Below, piece after piece: positions 1-7,967 of a DNA stretch of 58,494 bases. The stretch is from assembly GCA_050298595.1 (NCBI GenBank), contig JBNKUM010000027.1:1-58494 (forward strand), read 5' to 3'. How positions within the stretch are numbered: the first letter of the stretch is position 1; every line of letters starts with the position of its first letter. Under the pieces are notes generated by a model. That model was given only the letters and a program-made list of their open reading frames with translations, was not told the DNA's origin and made no database searches. The stretch is from Gammaproteobacteria bacterium. Its GTDB lineage: Bacteria; Pseudomonadota; Gammaproteobacteria; GCA-001735895. Position numbers and translations under genes: made by a program.

Positions 1-392
1 ATCGCTGTATGCGTGACACAGTTCTGCGTCATCATCCCACAGATCAATAATTCATCAATACCGTATTTGTCCAGAGTTTGCTGTAAGCTGGTTTGCTCAA
101 ATCCATCGGCAAACTGTTTTATTACGATATCCGCTTCAGGCGCGGCCTGCACAATAACCGGGTGTATTTCTGCGCCAGAGCTACCCTTATTAAAAAATGG
201 CGCAATACCTCTACTATCATCAGCAATATGCTGTATCAGCACAATCGGTAACTCGTTCTGTCTGGCCTTCGCAATAGCCTTTTCAATATTGTTCAGGGTT
301 TGTTCGGTATTCCACAGCGGATACTTCCCCTCAGGAAAATAATCATTCTGTGGATCGATTACTAGGACTGCTGCCTTTGAGTTGTGTGTCAT
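1..392 (-). CDS. Cysteine hydrolase / isochorismatase family protein (3' end truncated by window edge)
   Basis: Not in the ORF track. My translation from ATG at 392 gives MTHNSKAAVLVIDPQNDYFPEGKYPLWNTEQTL...PIVLIQH...IVIKQFADGF...LLICGMMTQNCVTHTA. This shows the family's Asp (VIDPQNDYF), Lys (VIKQ) and Cys (TQNCV) motifs. It is divergent from a GlxA regulator, a common pairing. Confidence 0.9.
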   Translation of the reverse strand, partial: MTHNSKAAVLVIDPQNDYFPEGKYPLWNTEQTLNNIEKAIAKARQNELPIVLIQHIADDSRGIAPFFNKGSSGAEIHPVIVQAAPEADIVIKQFADGFEQTSLQQTLDKYGIDELLICGMMTQNCVTHTA

Positions 393-455
393 GAGTATTG
401 TCTCGAATCTAATTAAGCAGGCAGTATTGTGTTGATTTTTAACTCAGAACTTCAG

Positions 456-490
456 TGTCAAAAATGACATAATAGCTTTCAAATCTGACA
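456..490. promoter_or_regulatory. Putative operator for the GlxA/AraC regulator: two related sites 21 bp apart
   Basis: TGTCAAAAATGACA (456-469, a TGTCA-N4-TGACA palindrome) and TTTCAAATCTGACA (477-490) lie in the 114-bp divergent intergenic region. A ~21-bp period is typical of AraC-family tandem sites. The assignment is inference. Confidence 0.45.
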
Positions 491-506
491 AATTGAATAA
501 AAGCAT

Positions 507-1439
507 ATGAAACTGGCTATCATTGATTACCCTGGCGCGCTGAAGTCTGCTGTGTATGGACTAAGTGAAATGTTTGCATTGGCTAACCAGCTCTGCGCTG
601 AGCAGGATCTGTCAGGAAATTTCGAAACCGAGATTATTGAATTAACTCCTGCAGGCGACATCGACACGAATAAAAAATGCTATACAGCCATTATCCTGCC
701 GCCCAGCATCGATAATATCTTCTATGCTGAGCCTTCCAGAGAAATAAAAAACTGGCTGATCAAAAAGCATAAGCAGGGCAGTATACTTTGCTCGGCCTGC
801 GCAGGCGCTTTCATTATTGCTGCAACGGGAGTACTGGATAAACGCGAAGCAACAACACATTGGGGGCTGGTTAGCGAGTTTAAACGATTGCATCCTGCGG
901 TTCGCTTGAATGCCAATAAAATCATGGTGAATGATCAGGATGTGATTACGGCAGGTGGTATGCTGTCATGGTTAGACCTGGGACTGGAATTGGTGGCGCA
1001 ATTTTCCAGCCCCGACATTATGCGACAGCTTGGCAAGATACTGGTTGTCGATACCGGTCAGCGTGAACAACGCTATTACCAGCAATTTTCGCCAGGGTTT
1101 ACGCATGGTGACGAGTTGATCTTAACAGTGCAGCAAAAAATGCAGACTGATTATGCCCAACCCATAAAAATTACCGGTTTAGCCGATTTTTGCCACCTGA
1201 CGGAACGTACCTTTTTACGTCGGTTTTATAAAGCAACAGGGTTAAACCCCAGTGAATATTTACAGAGGCTAAGAATCCAGAAAGCTTGTGATCTACTGGA
1301 AACTGTTTCGGATTCGTTTGAGGTCATAGCAAATAAAGTGGGGTATGAAGATATCAACGCCTGTCGCAAGATTTTTGTACGTATTGTAGGATTAAGCCCG
1401 AGAGAGTTCAGAAAACGATTCGTCAACAAACGTAGTTGA
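507..1439 (+). CDS. GlxA-family transcriptional regulator (DJ-1/PfpI-like domain + AraC HTH)
   Basis: N-terminal SACAGAF, ATTHW and ITAGG motifs; C-terminal ERTFLRRF...YLQRLRIQKACDLLE...IANKVGY...GLSPREFR AraC signature. Confidence 0.93.
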   Translation: MKLAIIDYPGALKSAVYGLSEMFALANQLCAEQDLSGNFETEIIELTPAGDIDTNKKCYTAIILPPSIDNIFYAEPSREIKNWLIKKHKQGSILCSACAGAFIIAATGVLDKREATTHWGLVSEFKRLHPAVRLNANKIMVNDQDVITAGGMLSWLDLGLELVAQFSSPDIMRQLGKILVVDTGQREQRYYQQFSPGFTHGDELILTVQQKMQTDYAQPIKITGLADFCHLTERTFLRRFYKATGLNPSEYLQRLRIQKACDLLETVSDSFEVIANKVGYEDINACRKIFVRIVGLSPREFRKRFVNKRS

Positions 1440-1540
1440 TTTAAATCCATATTATATTTCAAAAGCGGATTTTAACTAGCAGAGCTATTTTCATTTTACA
1501 AAAACAAGTGATGTTAATCACAACAGCCGAGGAGAATGAA

Positions 1541-2431
1541 ATGAGTGAAGAAGAAAAAATTGTAATTCCACAGGAAGCTTTTGACTGGTACGACGAATAT
1601 GCACATGGTTTTATCGATCGGCGTACCTTTGTGTCTCGATTAGCAGGGCTAACAGGTGCGGGTTTAAGCATGGGGGTTTTAACCTCTGTGTTAATGCCTA
1701 ATTATGCTCTGGCAGAACAGGTCTCCTTCAACGATCCTGATATTAAAGCCTACTTTGAAAACTTCGTATCTCCAGAAGGTCATAATGAAGGTCGTGGCTA
1801 TCTGGTCAAGCCCAGTAAACTAACCGGCAAAACCAGCATGATTCTGGTTGTGCATGAAAATCGCGGACTGAATCCTTATATCAAGGATGTGGCTCGTCGA
1901 CTGGCTAAACAGGGTTATGTGGCCTTTGCCCCGGATGCATTACACAGCTTGGGTGGCTATCCAGGGAATGATGATGATGGAAAAGCTATGCAGAAATCAT
2001 TGGCAAGACCAAAGATAGAACAGGATTTTATTGCAGCAGCGAGATACCTTAAATCTCATCCCATGAGTAATGGGAAACTGGGTGTGGTTGGATTCTGTTT
2101 TGGTGGTTATATCAGCAATATGCTGGCGGCCGAGCTTCCAAAATTTGTCAACGCAGCAGTAGCTTTTTACGGAACCCCTCCGAATGATGGCATAGTGCGT
2201 AACATCAAGGGCCCCTTGATGCTGCATTTCGCTGAACTGGATAAACGTGTTGGTGCAACCTGGCCCAGATATGAAGCAATCCTGCAACAACTGGCTGTCA
2301 ATTATCAGGCTTTTATATATCCAAATGTGAATCATGGCTTCCATAATGATTCTACTGGCCGCTATAACAAAGAAGCAGCAGAACTGGCCTGGTCAAGAAC
2401 TCTAGATTTCTTTGCTAAAAACCTCTCCTGA
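1541..2431 (+). CDS. Dienelactone hydrolase family protein (YghX-like) with Tat-type leader
   Basis: Motifs VHENRGLN, GFCFGG (nucleophile Cys) and NHGFHND. The N-terminus reads WYDEYAHGFIDRRTFV, followed by a hydrophobic stretch and ALA. Start moved from 1508 to ATG 1541, which follows GAGGAG. Confidence 0.9.
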   Translation: MSEEEKIVIPQEAFDWYDEYAHGFIDRRTFVSRLAGLTGAGLSMGVLTSVLMPNYALAEQVSFNDPDIKAYFENFVSPEGHNEGRGYLVKPSKLTGKTSMILVVHENRGLNPYIKDVARRLAKQGYVAFAPDALHSLGGYPGNDDDGKAMQKSLARPKIEQDFIAAARYLKSHPMSNGKLGVVGFCFGGYISNMLAAELPKFVNAAVAFYGTPPNDGIVRNIKGPLMLHFAELDKRVGATWPRYEAILQQLAVNYQAFIYPNVNHGFHNDSTGRYNKEAAELAWSRTLDFFAKNLS

Positions 2432-2473
2432 AATCCTTCCTGTTTAAAAAGGGTTAGCTTTCATCATATTTGT

Positions 2474-2499
2474 GCAGCCTCTGGAAAATCCAGAGGTGC
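2474..2499 (+). terminator. Hairpin, possible intrinsic terminator after the hydrolase
   Basis: CCTCTGGA-AAA-TCCAGAGG (2478-2496), extendable with one bulge. The U-tract is weak. Confidence 0.35.
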
Positions 2500-2750
2500 C
2501 CTTGAACCAATATTCATGGGTATGGTTTTGCTAGCGCAGTCATATTTCCTCATATCGATTATTGAGAAAGATGCTCTTTTTTAATAGTTTTTTACGTGAC
2601 TTATCGGTTAAATCAATCCATTGTATTGGCTCGCTGATGACAATCTTTAACTTGAAACCGGCATGCCCAGCAATAATCCAGCTAAATTTAGATAATACCT
2701 ACAGAATTGGCAGTATCCAGACTTGATAGACATGTCAGGTATAGTGAAAT

Positions 2751-3650
2751 ATGAACGAAACACTTGAAAATGGCACGATAAAATTAATCGATGGTGAAGA
2801 AAAGGTTTTCCATGATGGATACTGGATTAAACGCTATAAACCGCCCAAAGACAGTCTGGCGGACAAAAAATTGCTGATTCAGTCACTCACCCGACGCCTG
2901 TTTAATCATATGGAACACGGCATCAATATCCCGGGAAGAATGCTGGAAAAAGTAAGAGCTGCCTACGAAGCTGAATCCGAACCGAAAAGAAAGCGTGTTA
3001 AAGGCGCCATGTTAGCAGGTGCATTATTTAATCGTGCAGCCGATATTTTTAATCAACTGGTTGAGCTGGAAGATTGCGGTGTAAAGATAGAACAGGGTAA
3101 TGATCTGATGCATTCATGCGGACTTTGCCTGCAGGAAGCCCTTGTATACGGGAAAATGGTCAAGCATCGTAACGGTGATGAAGGGATTGATGAATTGTGG
3201 GGCGAGCCGTTCAAGGCCTTTATCATGTCTATTGAAGACTTTTATCAGAGTCGCTATGTCAAGATTGCTATCACTATGCGAAATATTGATCAGGTGGCCG
3301 ATTATATGTCTGCCTGTCTCGGTGATGATGAGCGTTTTAAGGGCATAGAATTCCTTATTCATAGATACGCAGATGTTGCTAAAAGGAAATGTGAAATTTT
3401 ACGAACTGACGATGCACTACTGGATGTCTGGGCTGAATTTGTGGTTGCCGGAGAAGACATTGTGAACTTTAAATCTGCCTCAAATCAACAAAACCCTGAT
3501 GATATCTTACTGGATGAGCTGGATACCAGATATCTGTTAGATCAGGGGGTTAAACTGATTGCTCACATTACACGAGCGAGAACGGCTATGCCTAAAAGTA
3601 CCGAGAAGTATCTAAATTTATGTCGATTGTTTAAGTCGCGTAGTCATTAG
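2751..3650 (+). CDS. Hypothetical protein, predicted cytoplasmic and mostly helical
   Basis: 299-aa ATG-started ORF with protein-like composition that fills the gap between neighbours. No signal peptide or motif recognised. Confidence 0.75.
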   Translation: MNETLENGTIKLIDGEEKVFHDGYWIKRYKPPKDSLADKKLLIQSLTRRLFNHMEHGINIPGRMLEKVRAAYEAESEPKRKRVKGAMLAGALFNRAADIFNQLVELEDCGVKIEQGNDLMHSCGLCLQEALVYGKMVKHRNGDEGIDELWGEPFKAFIMSIEDFYQSRYVKIAITMRNIDQVADYMSACLGDDERFKGIEFLIHRYADVAKRKCEILRTDDALLDVWAEFVVAGEDIVNFKSASNQQNPDDILLDELDTRYLLDQGVKLIAHITRARTAMPKSTEKYLNLCRLFKSRSH

Positions 3651-3769
3651 GGCCTGGCTAGTCAGTTGTCACCGAGATTCCACTTTGTCGAGTAAACAGA
3701 TTCCAGTTCTGATTTATTCATTCAGATTCTGGTAGCTGTTGACTGCTACATCTTTCACAAGAGAAAACC

Positions 3770-4819
3770 ATGAAAGAATTTAAAATCCCGGGCGATCTGC
3801 TGAAAAAGCTGCGAGCTGGTGCGCACAAACTTGGGGCAAAGCTGGAGGATGTGGCTGCACTTTTTAGTCATTTAACCGAACAACAGGTGAAAGCGCATCA
3901 CCACAGGCAAAGTCAGGAATCTAACGAGCAGTCATATCTGTTTCAGCCACGTTCATATATTGGTTCCAGAAAGCGACAGTACCTGGTGTATGAACCCTCC
4001 GGAAATGTTGCACATCAACCACGCCCACTGGTAGTCGTGTTACACGGTTGCCAGCAGGACAATCGAGATATTCAACAGATTTCAGGCTTTAACCAGATTG
4101 CCGATAAGTATGGCTTTCTGGTGGCTTACCCCTTTATCACCAGCTATGGCGGTCTACGTTTTGAAAACTGCTGGGGCTGGTGGCTGGATCGGGAGATTCA
4201 TGCAGGGCAGGGCGAAGTGGAAGACCTGTGGCAAATAGTTGAGGAAATTAAACTTAACTATGCCGTTGATCCCAAGCATATTCATGTTGCTGGATTATCA
4301 TCCGGCGCGGGTATGGCGGTTGCCATGATGGTGGCTCACGCCGATAAAATCGCCTCTGGTGCCTCTGTCGCAGGCATGCCCTATGCGGATAGAGCAGAAG
4401 TCGTAAAACACGTGTTTAATAAAACCTCACGTAACAAACCTGTAGACAAGATTGTAGCAGCGATGCAGAAAGAAATGGGGGGTTCATCACATGCGGTACC
4501 CATCCAGATCATTCATTCATATCAGGATGCATCGGTAGATATCCAGTCGGCTTTAAATCTGCGCGATAGCTGGGGAGCCTGTTTTGGTATAGATACTCAA
4601 CATGCGAAACGATTTTTACAGGGTAAAGATGGCAGTACCGCCTGGGAGCATACGCTGTATGGAAATAACAAGAGGGTGTCAGTTATTGAAACCCTGTTGC
4701 TGAATGGGCCGGGTCATGGATGGTATGGCGGTCATCCGGGTGAATTCAGTTTTCCTGACGGGCCGAATATTTCAGAAAAAATCTGGCAGTTTTTTGCTCA
4801 GCATCCCAAAAGTGAATAG
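3770..4819 (+). CDS. PHB depolymerase-family esterase (alpha/beta hydrolase, LpqC-like)
   Basis: PLVVVLHGCQQ oxyanion region, CWGWW, GLSSG nucleophile, HSYQDASV (Asp) and GPGHGWYGG (His). No signal peptide visible. Confidence 0.88.
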   Translation: MKEFKIPGDLLKKLRAGAHKLGAKLEDVAALFSHLTEQQVKAHHHRQSQESNEQSYLFQPRSYIGSRKRQYLVYEPSGNVAHQPRPLVVVLHGCQQDNRDIQQISGFNQIADKYGFLVAYPFITSYGGLRFENCWGWWLDREIHAGQGEVEDLWQIVEEIKLNYAVDPKHIHVAGLSSGAGMAVAMMVAHADKIASGASVAGMPYADRAEVVKHVFNKTSRNKPVDKIVAAMQKEMGGSSHAVPIQIIHSYQDASVDIQSALNLRDSWGACFGIDTQHAKRFLQGKDGSTAWEHTLYGNNKRVSVIETLLLNGPGHGWYGGHPGEFSFPDGPNISEKIWQFFAQHPKSE

Positions 4820-5004
4820 GGGAGTATTTCCGGGCGCGTGGTTCTTACGTTTCAACAGTGGGCCTGGATGAGGAATATAAGGAGCGCTTGTATGCAGAGA
4901 GCAGGATTGATTCTACTTTTTATACTTATTTGAGATCAATATAACTGATAGCAAGTATAGAGCTGACTCTGGACACAGCATATTCGTCAAACCGCCATCA
5001 TCGC

Positions 5005-6882
5005 TTAGCTAGCAGGTTTGCTAGAGATCTCATCGGATGCGACGATCTGATTGCGGCCATTCTCTTTCGCTTTGTATAGCCGTTGGTCGGCGAGTTTGAG
5101 CAGATGTTCATATTCCGCGCGTTCTGCCGGGATTTCGCTCGAGATTCCAATACTGATGGTCATGGTGGTTGAATGCTCATCGTCTGAAACGACCTGATTG
5201 GCAAATATCCGGCGTATATTTTCCGCAACTAAAGCCGCGCCAGCCAGGTCGGTTTGGGGGAGTATCGCCATAAACTCTTCGCCTCCGTAGCGAAATGCGA
5301 TATCGGCAGGGCGCCTGAGGTTTTCCAGTATTATACGACCGGCCTCAACCAGGCACAGATCACCGAATTGATGCCCATAGCTGTCGTTGATCTTTTTAAA
5401 AAAATCGATATCGAAGATGAGTAAAGAAAGTGGCTTTTTATCACGATAGGCTCGTCGGTATTCCAGCGGCAGGATTTCGTTCAAATAGCGACGATTGCGC
5501 AACCCGGTTAATTCATCCTTCGTGTTCAGTTCCCGCAGGCGTTTATTGGCATCCTCCAACTCTTCGGTACGCAGCCGGACCAGATCGTCCAGTTTCTCGG
5601 TTTGTTTAATTTGCGATTCATACAGCCTCTGATGTGCATGGGTTAATTCTTTCTGTGCAATTTCACGTAGTTTGCGCTCGTTATTAATAAGATCGGTCAC
5701 CCCAATAGAAAAGAAAATCAGTTCGAAGGCAGATGCCCATTTCATGATCTCAGGGGCCAGGTAATATAGAGGTAAGATGCCCTGAGAAGTCAGTACTGTA
5801 AAAAACACGCTGAATAAAACCGCTCCCTGTCCGATCAGATAATATCGAGCTGGAGCGTAACCCTGAAGTACGCTGCGAATTGCAGCGACAAATACAATAA
5901 AAACACCGCTGAGCGTTATCACTACATTGAGGTGGGCGGCGGTCTGAGTCGGTGCAAAAATAATAACGGGGATTGCCATCGCGTAAGCGTATATGGCGGC
6001 CTTGATGAACTTGTGCAGTTTCGGTTGATTTTCACGCGTTCTTAAAAACGCGATACCGAACAGGCATACAGCCATCGAAGCGGTTGTACTAAAAAGATAA
6101 ATGCTAAATTGCTGAAACGCTACCCCGTCAGGCCAGAAACGGAAGCTGTAGCCCTGCATGGTGGCATTGAATAACACCATGTTGATGATGACCAGTACAT
6201 ACAGGCCATAAACCTTTTTACGCACCCCAATCCATAAAAACAGGTTGTAGATTCCCAGACCCAGCGAAATCCCAAAGTATATGCCGTTAAATGAGTTGAA
6301 TTGATGCTGCTGCTCGATGAAAGACTTTTCTGTCGCCAGATAGAGTGGAATAGAAACCGAACTGGTTGTTAGTACTCGAATAAATATCTGGCTTTGCTCG
6401 CCGGGGTTCAGGGTGAAGGGGTAAGTAAAATGATTCAGTTTCAGGAAACGGTGCTGGAAAGGGTAGTTATCGCCCGTCTCATAGTGGTCGCTTTCCGTTT
6501 CCCTGAGATGATAGAAGCGAACATCATCCAGCAATGGATAGAGAATCGACAGAAAGAAACGATTATTTATATTTTGTCCGACCCGATAAGGCAATTGATT
6601 GGATATGACCAGTTTGAACCAGTAAGCACTATTGCTGTAGCCCATTTGCAGGGTATCGTGTGGGAAGCTTATGAACTGACCTGACTGGTCAAGCCTTTGA
6701 ATGTCATCCAGAGTCAAATTTCCTTCCGCATCCTCCAGATATTCAACGCCAAAAGCAAGACGCTCGGAGAAGTCTGCATGGGTAATCGATATGACCTGGT
6801 CTTGTCCCGTGGCATAAACGGGTACAACCTGAAGCGCTAACATGAAAAACAGCCAGATCAGGTATGGTTTTGACTGGGGCAA
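5005..6882 (-). CDS. Membrane sensor diguanylate cyclase (7TMR-DISMED2 + 7TM-DISM + coiled coil + GGDEF)
   Basis: Signal-like N-terminus and periplasmic GYSNSAYWFKL / TGDNYPFQHR motifs, then about seven hydrophobic segments. The catalytic part has DELTGLRNRR, DIDFFKKINDSYGHQFGD and an RPAD I-site five residues before GGEEF. TTG start 6 nt after AGGAGG. Confidence 0.92.
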   Translation of the reverse strand: MPQSKPYLIWLFFMLALQVVPVYATGQDQVISITHADFSERLAFGVEYLEDAEGNLTLDDIQRLDQSGQFISFPHDTLQMGYSNSAYWFKLVISNQLPYRVGQNINNRFFLSILYPLLDDVRFYHLRETESDHYETGDNYPFQHRFLKLNHFTYPFTLNPGEQSQIFIRVLTTSSVSIPLYLATEKSFIEQQHQFNSFNGIYFGISLGLGIYNLFLWIGVRKKVYGLYVLVIINMVLFNATMQGYSFRFWPDGVAFQQFSIYLFSTTASMAVCLFGIAFLRTRENQPKLHKFIKAAIYAYAMAIPVIIFAPTQTAAHLNVVITLSGVFIVFVAAIRSVLQGYAPARYYLIGQGAVLFSVFFTVLTSQGILPLYYLAPEIMKWASAFELIFFSIGVTDLINNERKLREIAQKELTHAHQRLYESQIKQTEKLDDLVRLRTEELEDANKRLRELNTKDELTGLRNRRYLNEILPLEYRRAYRDKKPLSLLIFDIDFFKKINDSYGHQFGDLCLVEAGRIILENLRRPADIAFRYGGEEFMAILPQTDLAGAALVAENIRRIFANQVVSDDEHSTTMTISIGISSEIPAERAEYEHLLKLADQRLYKAKENGRNQIVASDEISSKPAS

Positions 6883-7641
6883 ACATAACCTCCTGCTGAT
6901 AGAGACAAGATGTTTCTTGATAATAAAGACTATAGATTAATTCGATTGAGCTGCCTTATTCTTTTTTTATAACGTTTTCGAAAAAGTGCCTATTAGCTTA
7001 TCTGGATCGCCCTGTAGATGTATTTAACCACGAAAAATACGAAGATTAATAGATGCTCTTCTCAGTGTGCGCGGTGACCTCAGTGGTTTATTTTTTAATG
7101 GCAGAATCTCAAGAATAGTTCTTAAAAGTAAAGGACAGAATGAAAATATCATGGCCAGGTAAAAAAACAGTATCGATGAAAAGCATGTGCTTCAAGAAAT
7201 GTCAGAGTTTATGGGGTTGATTTTGATGCTCAAATGAGAGGTATAAGTTCGAATATCCTGTTTTTTTGGGATGAAAACTAAGTATAAGCAACTACTTACT
7301 TAGGTCCGATCCGGTATAGCTCCGGTCATGTACTGGCTGACATGCTTTAAGAACCCTGGTCTACAGGTAAACAACAACCCGGCTTTGATCTCTGATAATT
7401 GAGGGTGCACTGAATTTCCTCCGATTAACGACACTTTAATTAAGGAGATGTGTGTAGGGTTAACAGACAGTTGCGTTGGGTAAATTTTTGTTTGAGGCAA
7501 ATGAGCTCTACATTAATCAGGAGTTAGAATCCTGAAAGTGCTTTAGAAGGGGGGGATTAGGCTGGCCAGGATGTTGGTTTTTAGATTCAAAATGAATAGC
7601 TATGGTTTTCTTTGGAGTATGGTAGAGATGATCAAGAGTGT

Positions 7642-7716
7642 CGTACGCTAAATAGCGTACGCTATTTAGCTAATTGTAAGACGGCTGTCCATCGTATAAA
7701 TTTTAGCTATAGCTAA
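7642..7716. promoter_or_regulatory. Palindrome cluster upstream of the giant gene
   Basis: Perfect 24-bp palindrome GCTAAATAGCGTACGCTATTTAGC (7647-7670), overlapping inverted repeat CGTACGCTA-AA-TAGCGTACG (7642-7661), and 14-bp palindrome TTAGCTATAGCTAA (7703-7716). The symmetry is directly visible; a regulatory role is inference. Confidence 0.5.
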
Positions 7717-7967
7717 GCTTAAGTCTTAAATGTTTAGTCGAAGAAGTTATAAAATATTAAGCGAATAGAAAATTCTTCGATGGATATTGCAATAGTTGTA
7801 CGTGAATAATGTCGCGGCATGAAGGCTTGAGATTAGAGGGCGTAATTTTTTCGCGATAAAAAATAAAGTGGATTTTGTATGAGTTATGGAAAGATAAATT
7901 GTCGCATTTTGTTTTTTCTACTGCTAAAGTTGGCTTCTGTATGGGCTGGGCAGACAAGGGGTGTAAG

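Noticed and set aside
13-342. 109-aa plus-strand ORF in the track
   Set aside because: Antisense shadow of the minus-strand isochorismatase-family gene, which carries the recognisable motifs.
7549-7555. G7 homopolymer as a phase-variation switch
   Set aside because: The tract is short and cannot be placed within a defined promoter, and there is no evidence of length variation.
6900-7967. c-di-GMP riboswitch or RfaH ops element in the long intergenic region
   Set aside because: I found neither a GEMM-like consensus nor GGCGGTAG by eye. An Rfam/Infernal scan would be needed to exclude a structured RNA.
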